This document shows, in pieces, positions 1-7,853 of a stretch of 42,069 nt of DNA. The DNA is from Brevundimonas sp. (GTDB taxonomy: Bacteria > Pseudomonadota > Alphaproteobacteria > Caulobacterales > Caulobacteraceae), in contig JBKBUS010000001.1 in assembly GCA_046290035.1 (NCBI GenBank), positions 1 through 42,069 of the forward strand, read 5' to 3'. The notes beneath the pieces are model-generated. The model was given only the letters and a program-made list of their open reading frames with translations. It was not told the origin of the DNA and did not search any database. Position 1 is the stretch's first letter, and each line of letters starts with the position of its first letter. The position numbers and the translations under genes are program-made.

Positions 1-457
1 GGCGGCGGCCGGCTGGCTCCTGAAGGAGATGGGCCTGTTCAAGGGCGTCCCCGGGCAGGCCAAGGTCGAACCCCTGCAGGCCCGGCCTGTGCTGACGGCG
101 AATGAATGGGAGTTCTTTGGCCGACTCCGCGAGGCCTTGCCCGGCCATGTCGTGTGTCCGCAGGTGAGTATGGCGGCCGTGCTTGCGACCAGGCCCGGGT
201 TGTCCCGGGCCGAGGCGACGACGGCGAGGAATCGCTTCGACCGGAAGGTGGTGGACTTCGTCATCCTGAACCAGGCGGGCGCGACAGTCGCTCTGGTCGA
301 GCTGGACGACAGGACACACGCGGCTGACCGGGACGCGGCGCGGGACGCGATGACGGCGGCCGCCGGGCTCCGGACAATCCGCTATAGCAGCCGGGCCAAA
401 CCGGATCTCGCCAAGATCGCTGCGGATGTAGCCGGGCTGGGAGCGGCGGCCGCATGA
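1..457 (+). CDS. DUF2726 domain protein, probably 5'-partial
   Basis: Motifs LTANEWEFF...VCPQVSMAAVL...KVVDFVI...LVELDDRTH...RD match DUF2726. The frame is open upstream of the ATG at 29 (AAAGWLLKEM), so the true start probably lies before the window. Confidence 0.8.
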   Translation, partial: AAAGWLLKEMGLFKGVPGQAKVEPLQARPVLTANEWEFFGRLREALPGHVVCPQVSMAAVLATRPGLSRAEATTARNRFDRKVVDFVILNQAGATVALVELDDRTHAADRDAARDAMTAAAGLRTIRYSSRAKPDLAKIAADVAGLGAAAA

Positions 458-486
458 GAGCGATCGCGATGAAGGGGAGGCGGCCG

Positions 487-1380
487 TCAGGCCGCCTCCT
501 TCAGCCGACCGCGTTCGACGGCCTGCAGGACGAAGTCGCAGGCGGCCTGCGCTTGCGCCGCCGCCTTCAGGATCGCGCGGCTGTCCGACTTCAGCGCCTG
601 CAGCCAGTGGCCGATGTAGGCCGAGTGGTCCTCGATGTGGTCGGGGCGCAGTCCGGTGTGTGCCCCGAGGAAGGCGGCGCCGAGTTCGGCGACCAGCTCC
701 TCCCGGGCGTAGGCGGGATCGCCGAAGCGGGAACCGAAGGTGCGGTCCAGGCGGTGCTTGGCGCCGGTCCAGTGGATCAGCTCGTGGTGAGCCGTGGCGT
801 AGGCCTGCTCGGCGTCGCGGAACAGCGCCCGATCGGGCATGCGGATGTGGTCCGGGCCCGGGGCGTAGTAGGCGCGCTCGCCGGTCCAGCTGATGTCCGC
901 GCCGGTCGCGTCGAGGAAAGCCTCAAGTTCGGCATTCCATCGGACGTCGTAGACGGGTCGCTCGACGGGAGCGGGGTAGAACGAGGGGTCCAGGCCGTCG
1001 ATCTGGGCCACGTTGAAGACGGGGTAGCCCTTGAGGAAGCGGAAGCCGCGGCTCTCCTCCCCGTCGTCGTCGACGTCGCCGCCGCCGGACTGGCCGTAGT
1101 AGACCACAAGGGTCGAGGACTCACCCTTGCGGACCTGGCCGCCAAGGGCCGCAGCCTGACGGTAGGTCATCCAGTGACGCCCGGCCCAGCCTTCGGCCGA
1201 GGCGCGCATCCAGAGCATGACGGTGTTGATGCCGCGATAGGCCTCGCCGTTCGCCCGCAGGGGAAGGGCGACGGCGGTGCCGGCGCTGTCCCAAGGCTGT
1301 TTCCAGGGCCGCACGCCCTGCTTGAGCTGCGCGATGATGGCGTCGGTGATGCGGGCTTCGGGTCGCTGGCGCTCGCTCAT
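487..1380 (-). CDS. ardC: ArdC antirestriction / ssDNA-binding protein (DUF1738 + zincin-like domain)
   Basis: ITDAIIAQLKQGVRPWKQPW, YRGIN, WMTYRQA, VRKGE, HELIHWTG (HExxH), YAREELVAEL. GGAGG RBS precedes the ATG at 1380. Confidence 0.93.
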   Translation of the reverse strand: MSERQRPEARITDAIIAQLKQGVRPWKQPWDSAGTAVALPLRANGEAYRGINTVMLWMRASAEGWAGRHWMTYRQAAALGGQVRKGESSTLVVYYGQSGGGDVDDDGEESRGFRFLKGYPVFNVAQIDGLDPSFYPAPVERPVYDVRWNAELEAFLDATGADISWTGERAYYAPGPDHIRMPDRALFRDAEQAYATAHHELIHWTGAKHRLDRTFGSRFGDPAYAREELVAELGAAFLGAHTGLRPDHIEDHSAYIGHWLQALKSDSRAILKAAAQAQAACDFVLQAVERGRLKEAA

Positions 1381-1397
1381 GTCGGATCCTCCGCTCA

Positions 1398-1552
1398 ACC
1401 GGGGCCGATCCCCGGTCGTCCCGAGGACACCCCGGCGGGGTCCGAGCGGCGGCCGCACCCGCAGGGCCGAAGCGGAGCGGAGGACGGCTTGCCGTTGCGG
1501 CGGCCGCGCCCCGCCGTTCGCCTCGAGGGACGTTCCGGCCGGGGTCGCCCGG
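1398..1552 (+). repeat. Structured upstream element, copy A; core 1451-1500 is shared with 13578-13629
   Basis: Nested inverted repeats (e.g. 1433-1440/1509-1516) around a core that matches copy B at 42 of 52 positions by hand alignment. Confidence 0.75.
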
Positions 1553-1583
1553 CGCGAGATCTCGATCAAAGGGAGAATGACCG

Positions 1584-2021
1584 ATGACGGCTGTGCCTCT
1601 TGCCGCCGCGTCTCCGCAGATGCGGCCCTGGTGGGATGCGCTGGCGGATCTGGCCTTCGGCCGCCCGGCCAATGCGACGCCTGAGGAGCGCGGTCGCCTC
1701 CTCGAGCGCGGCCATGTGCTGTTCTACTTCTGGGGCGAAATGCTGGCCGAGGCCGGCTTCAGCCCTGACGACTTCCTCCGCCCGGAAAGCGAGCCCGGCG
1801 CGGGGGACGCGGGCGTCCTCTGGCAGCTGCGCCCCGGCTCGATGGTGCTGGGGTTCACCGGTCGCGCGATCGTCAGCCAGGGGCCGCTTGGGTGGCTCCG
1901 GGTTCACGAGGTCTGCGCTGACGGAACGGTGCGCGAGCTGAGGGGACGCCCGCGACTGGATCACCTCAAGAGTTTCCGGGCCCTGTCACCCCGGACGGCA
2001 GTAGAGCGAGTGGACGCATGA
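1584..2021 (+). CDS. Hypothetical protein (145 aa)
   Basis: GGGAG upstream, high-GC codon usage, ATGA overlap with the next gene. Confidence 0.7.
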   Translation: MTAVPLAAASPQMRPWWDALADLAFGRPANATPEERGRLLERGHVLFYFWGEMLAEAGFSPDDFLRPESEPGAGDAGVLWQLRPGSMVLGFTGRAIVSQGPLGWLRVHEVCADGTVRELRGRPRLDHLKSFRALSPRTAVERVDA

Positions 2022-2614
2022 ACGACATCGACATCCTGGCGGCTTTCATCGCCCGCGAACGGCCTGGTGCGCGCCTGGTGCGCGACATGAAGTTGCCGGG
2101 CGGGAGTGTGGTGGCCCTGACGGCCGTGGAAACCGGCCGACTGGCGGGGTTCCTGACGTGGGAGGAGGACCGCCCGATCGGGCGGATCATCCGCGCCACT
2201 CGGGAGTCGGTGAAGCACCTGCACGAGACCTGGGTGGTCACGAGCCTGATGGGCGGGCGTCTGCTGAAGGGTGAGGTGCCGGGCGAGGTGGGGATTCGCG
2301 TGGTGAGGGAAGGCACGACCCAGCCCGCCGTGGCGCATCCGGCGACCGTGGTGACGCCGGCCGTCGCGCAGCTGGTGGAGCTTCTGGCGCTCGAGGAGCG
2401 TGTGGAGATGGCCGGAAAGCTCGGTGTGTCTGACGCGGTGCTGTCCGTCGCCGCCGGCGGACAGCTGAAGTGGGGTTCGGCCAGGTTCCGGGAGATGCTG
2501 GTCGACCTGGTCGGCGATCGCGCGCCGCACGATCCAAACGCACGGCCGTCGCCGGCGGAGATCCTGATAGCGGCGAAGCCGCATCCGGCTCTGGCCCCCG
2601 TCGTGCAGCTGTGA
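2018..2614 (+). CDS. Hypothetical protein, possibly a degenerate Sce7726-like PD-(D/E)XK fold
   Basis: Coupled at both ends (ATGA, TGATG). The pattern G.L.GF...VVT...VPGEVGIRVV...LVELLALEE recalls the Sce7726 family but lacks the catalytic D and ExK. Confidence 0.7.
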   Translation: MNDIDILAAFIARERPGARLVRDMKLPGGSVVALTAVETGRLAGFLTWEEDRPIGRIIRATRESVKHLHETWVVTSLMGGRLLKGEVPGEVGIRVVREGTTQPAVAHPATVVTPAVAQLVELLALEERVEMAGKLGVSDAVLSVAAGGQLKWGSARFREMLVDLVGDRAPHDPNARPSPAEILIAAKPHPALAPVVQL

Positions 2615-3075
2615 TGCGTCTGCGCAAGGAGCGGCCGGCCGTCGAGCAAGGTCCGTGGGGGCCGCGCGACGGTGCGGCCCCTGCGCCCTCCTGGCGTGAC
2701 AAGATCCCGGAGGGGTTTCGGCGCGCCATGGTCGGCCATGACGGTCTGATCCAGCGGACGTCGCGCTTCCTGCTGAAGCTGGCGCTGCTGGCCGGGGCCG
2801 CGGCGATCGTCCCGCCGCTCCTGGGCGTGTCGACGGTGCTGACCTTGGCGATGCTGTCCTTCTGCTCCGCAGCGGTCCTCGGCTATCTCAGCTGGATCCA
2901 TGACCTGATCGAGGGGCGGAAGCTGTCTGCGGCCGCGCGCAACCGGCGGCGTGGCCTGTGGCTCGCCGCGACGATCTACATGGTCGGCGTCATGGTGCTG
3001 GCGCTTGTGTCGCCGGCGCAGCCGTCCCTCCCCTCCCCTGCCCCGGCCGTGGCGGCCGAGAAAGTTCTGCCATGA
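2614..3075 (+). CDS. Membrane protein (about 3 TM segments, 153 aa)
   Basis: ATG at 2614 overlaps the upstream TGA. Hydrophobic runs FLLKLALLAGAAAIVPPLLG, VLTLAMLSFCSAAVLGYL, LWLAATIYMVGVMVLALV. Confidence 0.75.
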   Translation: MRLRKERPAVEQGPWGPRDGAAPAPSWRDKIPEGFRRAMVGHDGLIQRTSRFLLKLALLAGAAAIVPPLLGVSTVLTLAMLSFCSAAVLGYLSWIHDLIEGRKLSAAARNRRRGLWLAATIYMVGVMVLALVSPAQPSLPSPAPAVAAEKVLP

Positions 3076-3644
3076 AGCACCTGGTCCTGATCGCGGCCGT
3101 GGCGGCCAGCGTTGCGACGTCCTCGCCGGCGGCCTCGACGGAAAGGCGTGCGGTCTATGAGGGTCGCGTGCGCGTCGTCGACGGCGACACCCTGATGATC
3201 GGCCAGGATCGGCTTCGTCTCGAGGGCGTCGACGCGCCCGAGCGCGGCCAGCTGTGCATGCTGCAGGGCCGCCCCTATCGCTGCGGCCAGCACGTGACCG
3301 AGGCGCTGAAGAACATGATCGGGCGCGGGCGCGTGCGCTGCGTCTACAGGGATTGGGACCCGGGACGGCTGGCGCAGCAAGCCGACCGGGCCGTGGTGCG
3401 CTGCGAATACGGCGGCGTGGATCTGGGGGACTGGCTCGTGAGCCGCGGCCTGGCCGTGCCCTACTACACGTCGACCTACCGGAGCGTGGGGATGAGGGCC
3501 TGCGAGAGGAACCTCGGGCTCTGGGCCGGGGCCTTCACCCGGCCGGCGTCATATCGGCGCGGCGGCGACGTCGTAAACGACCGGCTCGGCCGCGAGACGG
3601 GCCGCTCCTGTGATAGCGCGCTGAGGCGGCTGGGAGCCCGCTAG
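3072..3644 (+). CDS. Secreted thermonuclease (SNase family)
   Basis: Signal peptide MKHLVLIAAVAASVA, then VVDGDTL, RLEGVDAPE..Q.C, LVSRGLA, GLWAG. ATGA overlap at 3072. Confidence 0.9.
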   Translation: MKHLVLIAAVAASVATSSPAASTERRAVYEGRVRVVDGDTLMIGQDRLRLEGVDAPERGQLCMLQGRPYRCGQHVTEALKNMIGRGRVRCVYRDWDPGRLAQQADRAVVRCEYGGVDLGDWLVSRGLAVPYYTSTYRSVGMRACERNLGLWAGAFTRPASYRRGGDVVNDRLGRETGRSCDSALRRLGAR

Positions 3645-3711
3645 GCCGCCACACCCCGGCCGACGCCGCCGAGGGCGCTCCACGGGCCGGAATTGGGCCC
3701 TAGCGTCGATT

Positions 3712-3936
3712 TTAGGCGGCCAGGGAGGCGCAAGCGGCGGCTGCCCTCCCCTCTTCGGTGATCTTGAAGGTGATGTTGGGGCTGTTCGCCGGCAGTCGGC
3801 CGAGTTCGCGGAACAGGCCGCGCCCGACGCGGTCCCGCATGGCCCTGAGCGCATCTTCAGCGTCCGCCGGCACATCGAGCCAGCCGACGTTGTGACGGAC
3901 GGCCCGAGAGAGCGCGGCGAGATCCTCGGCGGTCAT
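3712..3936 (-). CDS. Small hypothetical protein with a winged-helix-like C-terminus
   Basis: ATGA overlap with 3933..4388; FKITEEGRAA wing-like motif. Confidence 0.6.
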   Translation of the reverse strand: MTAEDLAALSRAVRHNVGWLDVPADAEDALRAMRDRVGRGLFRELGRLPANSPNITFKITEEGRAAAACASLAA

Positions 3937-4388
3937 GCGCGGCCGGATCCGTGCCGATGAGCCTGCAACGCGGCCTTGCCGAGGTCCGTCGCCCGGTAAA
4001 GATGCGGAGGCCCTGCGCGGATGAGCGTGAGATACCCCGCATCAACCTGATCCTGGACACGATCGGCGACAGCGGCCCATTCAGGCCCGTCGCCGACGCC
4101 GATGAACATGGCGGCGGCGGTCGCGAGCCGCCCCCAATCGTCGGCGGTCCAATCGGTCACCGCCTCCCCGGCCTCGCTTAGCGTCTGGATCTCGTCGCGC
4201 GTCACGAAGACACTCTGGGAGTAGCGATCAGCGGCGAGTTCGATGTGACCCGTGTAGGTCGGATCATTCTCGATCGAGGCCCGCACGACCTTCAGGCGCT
4301 CCTTGACGGGCTCCCATCCCTGGGCCGTCCAGCGCTTGGCGTGGTGGATCACCGTCTGGCCGATCGACAGCGGGGCCGGTTCAGTCAT
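3933..4388 (-). CDS. Hypothetical protein with a C-terminal winged-helix-like motif
   Basis: Overlaps the end of the RHH partition gene; GYL...YRATDLGKAAL. Confidence 0.7.
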   Translation of the reverse strand: MTEPAPLSIGQTVIHHAKRWTAQGWEPVKERLKVVRASIENDPTYTGHIELAADRYSQSVFVTRDEIQTLSEAGEAVTDWTADDWGRLATAAAMFIGVGDGPEWAAVADRVQDQVDAGYLTLIRAGPPHLYRATDLGKAALQAHRHGSGRA

Positions 4389-4776
4389 TCTGGGCCTCCA
4401 GAGCGTCCAGGGCGGCCGCGAGCGTCTGCCAGCGGGCAGCGTCGCCGCGCTGGCGCTGGATCTCGGTGAACCGCAAGCACAGCTCGGCCGGCGCCAGCAT
4501 GTTCAGCTGGGCCTTGTCGCCCTCGATCACATTTCGGCCGACGATGTCGGACAGTCGGCTGCGGCCGGCCTTGGGGCTGGTCTTGGGCGTCGCGGGCCGA
4601 GCGCGGCTGGCGAAGCCCGCCTCCTCCCCTACCCTGCGTGCGGCCTCGGCCGCGCCGCGGTCGATGGCCGGCCGTTCCCTCGGCTTGAAGCCGGAGATGT
4701 CTACGGTCCTGGCAGGGCTGGCGACGGGGGCGCTGTCCTGTTCGAGACTGGCGAACGGATCGACTTTGCCGGGCAT
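4381..4776 (-). CDS. ParG/VirC2-like ribbon-helix-helix partition adaptor
   Basis: ATG overlaps the parA stop at 4776. Disordered N-terminus (DISGFKPR...GFASR) then an RHH-like C-terminus (AQLNMLAPAELCLRFTEI...TLAAALDALE). Confidence 0.75.
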   Translation of the reverse strand: MPGKVDPFASLEQDSAPVASPARTVDISGFKPRERPAIDRGAAEAARRVGEEAGFASRARPATPKTSPKAGRSRLSDIVGRNVIEGDKAQLNMLAPAELCLRFTEIQRQRGDAARWQTLAAALDALEAQND

Positions 4777-5540
4777 CAGGCGGCCTCCTGCTTTTCGTTG
4801 CTGCGGAGCAGCTCGATGACTTCCTCGACGTAGGCCGCTGCGTTGGCGCGGGCGTGGTGCAAACCGCCCGCCTCGACGTCGGTGAGTTCGCTCAGCAGCG
4901 CGTCGTGTTTGAACATGCCCCGGAAGGCAGGCCGATCGCCGAGGGTGACGCTCATCAGGGCGACGTTGTTCTTGTCCAGCGAGGCCCGAATATCCCGCTC
5001 GTCGCGGGTCATCACCGCGCCGGGATTGGTCCGGGTCAGCAGGACCTTGTGAGGGATGGACTTCCCTGCGATCCGCTCGGTCTGCTTGATCTGGCGGAGG
5101 GTGCGGATCACCTGCAGGGCGTCCAGCGTTGTCGGCGCGAAGGGCACGATGACCAGATCGGCCTGCGAGATCACCAGGTTCATCCACTGGTTCGGCGAGC
5201 CCTCCGGATCCGAGAGCACAAAGGTGGCCCAGCTCTCGGCCGCCTCCAGCCAATCCAGGACGGTTTCGTCGTCGTTGTCCGTGGTGATGACGACCAGGTT
5301 CTGATCGCGCGCCGCTTCCCGAAGGATCGCGGTCGCCGTGGCCGCGTCCCGGACCCGATGCTTCGCGGCGTCGATCACGGGTGCGTCGCGACCTTCGGCC
5401 CAGGTCGCAAGCGGCCGGTTGGGATCGCCTTCAACGAGGGCGACCCGCGCGCCGGCGTCGATGAGCTCGGACGCCAGGGCGAGCGTCGCGGTCGTCTTGC
5501 CGCTGCCGCCTTTGGTGTTGGCGAAGGTTATGTTGGGCAT
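4776..5540 (-). CDS. parA: ParA family ATPase (type Ib / VirC1-like)
   Basis: Deviant Walker A NTKGGSGKTT, GDPNRP, SDPEG, ADLVIVPF. No N-terminal HTH. GGAGGG RBS. Confidence 0.92.
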   Translation of the reverse strand: MPNITFANTKGGSGKTTATLALASELIDAGARVALVEGDPNRPLATWAEGRDAPVIDAAKHRVRDAATATAILREAARDQNLVVITTDNDDETVLDWLEAAESWATFVLSDPEGSPNQWMNLVISQADLVIVPFAPTTLDALQVIRTLRQIKQTERIAGKSIPHKVLLTRTNPGAVMTRDERDIRASLDKNNVALMSVTLGDRPAFRGMFKHDALLSELTDVEAGGLHHARANAAAYVEEVIELLRSNEKQEAA

Positions 5541-5551
5541 GAACCCCTCCC

Positions 5552-5803
5552 CTAGTCGAACCGGCTCAACCGGACGGGCCGGAGTATACGGAAACGACGG
5601 TTAATACGGCCTAACCGGCGGAGACGGCGCGACTAGCCGCGCCGGACGCGCCGGAGGAACCGGAAAGGACGGTAGCGCCGGACAATACGGCGTGTCTAGT
5701 GGAAACGGAGGGACCGGACAGGACGGCGCGTCTAGGTCGCCTAGCAAAGTCCGACCAACTAGACAGGTAAGAGGGTCTAGCCCGTCTAGACCGTCTAGAC
5801 CTG
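5552..5803. repeat. 28-unit array with 9-bp period (CCGG/ACGG/CTAG + N5); candidate centromere/operator upstream of parA
   Basis: At 5552+9n: 9 CTAG, 9 CCGG, 8 ACGG and 2 degenerate units, with no phase slip. Confidence 0.85.
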
Positions 5804-6082
5804 ATGCCCGGCCGTCGGCGGAGAGGGGAGGGCGCGCCAGAAATCGAAGTGGACCGCCCAACCTGCCGTCAGCTCGAGCAGCGAGGCCCGGCCCGCCGCG
5901 ATGGCGGCATGATAGGCGGATTCGGCCGCGTCGCGATCGGGGAAGGCCTCCGAGGCGCGTTCCGTCACGAGCGCCAGCCTCAGGCCGCCCGAACGACGCT
6001 GCGCCTCATCCAGCGAGCTGTAGAACGGGCCGCACGACAGGGCGGCTTCGTCGGCTGAACTGGCGATCGGGTAGTGGGGCAT
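5795..6082 (-). CDS. Hypothetical protein (95 aa)
   Basis: GAGGA RBS before the ATG at 6082; lies directly after repC on the same strand. Confidence 0.6.
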   Translation of the reverse strand: MPHYPIASSADEAALSCGPFYSSLDEAQRRSGGLRLALVTERASEAFPDRDAAESAYHAAIAAGRASLLELTAGWAVHFDFWRALPSPPTAGHQV

Positions 6083-6102
6083 TGTTCCTCGTGTGGCCAA
6101 GC

Positions 6103-7515
6103 CTAGTGGGACGGTGATTTCTGACCGGTGAATAGCGACGGCTGGGCCGCCGGGGCCGCATTCTCGCGCACCAGGCGCTGCCAGCTGGCCCAGAGATCGA
6201 CCTTGATCCATTCGTCGGTCATTCGGTCGAGCAGGCCCAGAAGATAGGACTTCCGGTCGCGAATGCCGGGCGTGAATTCCGACAAGAGCGCCGCGACGGC
6301 GAAAGGAAGGGGTGTAACCCTGTAGCTGGCCTGTCGGATGGCCTGGTGGCGCAGGCCGATGCGACTTGCGGCGGATTGCCCATAGGCGACGGCGAGGGCG
6401 TCAGAGGTCGGAAAGGCCGGATGACTGCTGAAAGCGAGCCCACGGGCCGCGAGAAGGGCCGGAAGGGCCTTTAGGACCGCCTGGGAGGTCGGACAGGTCA
6501 CGCGGGACGGAGACGACGTCGCCATTCGGCGAGCCTGCGGTGTCACCTCGATCACAGGCCCGTCTGGTTCGCCCAGGTCGTCCGCCTGCCACAGAACTTC
6601 CTCCTCCTCATCCTCAGGCGGGGAGGGGAGGTCCCGCGAAGCGTACCCACCCTCGTCCTCGGTCTCTCCTCTTTGCTTAGATATTTGGGAAGGGTGGGTA
6701 GGGTCGAATTGGGCGCCGGTTCTGTCAGGCGCGCCCGACTCTTCTGTCGGGTCAGCGGCGAAGCACACCATTGTATCGACGAGACTTTCGAGACGGGCGA
6801 TGGCCTTGTCGGCCTCGGCGAGGGCGAGCTGCGCAAGGTCGCGGTCCTTGACGCGGATCCCGCTCGAGATCGCCTTCAGGGCGGTTTCGATGAAACCGAT
6901 GCAGTCATCGGTCACCACGAGGGCCGCCAGCGAGCGGATCCGGTTGCGCCGGCAGCTGAGCGTCTTGCGCAGGGCGAGAAGTTCGCGGACCTGGTCCCGC
7001 GCGCTCGCGCGGAGGGCCTCCAGCTCTTCGAAACGCGCCACGAGCGGCCGAAGGTCGACTCCGAACGCCTCTTCCGGGGCTTCTGGTTCTCCGACCCGGT
7101 AACGACGGCGATCGGGGCTGTCGCGGAAACAGATCCAGCCTGCGCTGGCCAACTCACCCCGCCAGCGCGCGAGCGACCGCTGGTGAACGTCGAAGGCCGC
7201 GGCCAGGTAGGCGTCCGACCACGTGCTGATGAGGGCGAGACCCGCCTTCGCGGGGTCTGCGTCGGCCAAATCCTCGGCCGCCCGGAAGCATCCGGCCGGC
7301 TGGGCCTTGACCATCCAGTGCAGCAGATCGCGGGCGGCGGTGCTGACGCCCATCCGCTCGGCCGGAACATCCTCGAGCAGCTGCAGCAGCCGCTTCTTGC
7401 TGCCCTGCGGCGGCAACCCTTGCCAGCGCCGAGCGTATTCTTCGGCCTGCAGGAGCGCAGGCGTGACTGATCGAAGGCCCTGCGCGCCGGCGCGGACCTG
7501 GTGATGCGTGAGCAT
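6103..7515 (-). CDS. repC: RepC-family plasmid replication initiator
   Basis: RP-C N-terminal signature: SDAYLA...RSLARWRGELASAGWICFRDSPDRRRY...AFGVDLRPL..RFEEL. Confidence 0.85.
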   Translation of the reverse strand: MLTHHQVRAGAQGLRSVTPALLQAEEYARRWQGLPPQGSKKRLLQLLEDVPAERMGVSTAARDLLHWMVKAQPAGCFRAAEDLADADPAKAGLALISTWSDAYLAAAFDVHQRSLARWRGELASAGWICFRDSPDRRRYRVGEPEAPEEAFGVDLRPLVARFEELEALRASARDQVRELLALRKTLSCRRNRIRSLAALVVTDDCIGFIETALKAISSGIRVKDRDLAQLALAEADKAIARLESLVDTMVCFAADPTEESGAPDRTGAQFDPTHPSQISKQRGETEDEGGYASRDLPSPPEDEEEEVLWQADDLGEPDGPVIEVTPQARRMATSSPSRVTCPTSQAVLKALPALLAARGLAFSSHPAFPTSDALAVAYGQSAASRIGLRHQAIRQASYRVTPLPFAVAALLSEFTPGIRDRKSYLLGLLDRMTDEWIKVDLWASWQRLVRENAAPAAQPSLFTGQKSPSH

Positions 7516-7585
7516 CGTTCGTCTCCCCGTATGGGGGAGGGATTTCAGGCAAAGCTTCGCCGGCGCCCTGGAGAGCGTTTTTTAG

Positions 7586-7615
7586 TTGACGGGGTTAGGG
7601 GAGGGCCTGCATAAG
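7586..7615 (+). promoter_or_regulatory. Sigma70-type promoter for the ctRNA
   Basis: TTGACG (7586-7591), 17-18 nt spacer, then GCATAAG. It faces away from repC, as in repABC replicons. Confidence 0.65.
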
Positions 7616-7620
7616 GGCTG

Positions 7621-7716
7621 TTGAGATTTGTGACTTCGGCCGTTGGCTTTGCGCCTTGTTGGCCTTTGCCCTTGTGCAAACCCGCCGTTCCCTCTGGGGG
7701 CGGCGGTTTTTCTTTG
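7621..7716 (+). ncRNA. Counter-transcribed incompatibility RNA (ctRNA) of repC; ends approximate
   Basis: Promoter followed by a GC hairpin and T-tract, antisense to the repC leader. The TTTCAGGCAAA...TTGAC...TTTTTCTTTG layout is typical of repC upstream regions. Confidence 0.65.
7678..7716 (+). terminator. Intrinsic terminator of the ctRNA
   Basis: AAACCCGCCGTTCCC-TCT-GGGGGCGGCGGTTT followed by TTCTTTG. Confidence 0.7.
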
Positions 7717-7786
7717 TTCTGGTCTCCCTCCCGACTCAGTGGTGAATGGCGCCGATCGGACCGCCCAAGGCGATTCCCGTCAAGGC

Positions 7787-7829
7787 GCCACACAAGTGTG
7801 TGGGCCACACAGGTGTGTGGGCCACACAG
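7787..7829. repeat. 2.5 tandem copies of a 17-bp palindromic unit GCCACACARGTGTGTGG; candidate operator
   Basis: Units at 7787-7803, 7804-7820 and a partial at 7821-7829. The junctions form TGTGTGG-G-CCACACA palindromes. Confidence 0.8.
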
Positions 7830-7853
7830 CTTAAGCAGGAGGGGCAATTGTCC

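Noticed and set aside
5552-5803. Array as CRISPR or a simple VNTR
   Set aside because: Only 4 of every 9 bp are conserved, there are no 23-47-bp repeats with spacers, and no cas genes.
5601-5861. Pro-x-x periodic ORFs over the 9-bp array (collagen-like appearance)
   Set aside because: The periodicity comes from the DNA array, needs rare CTA codons, and continues past the stop codon.
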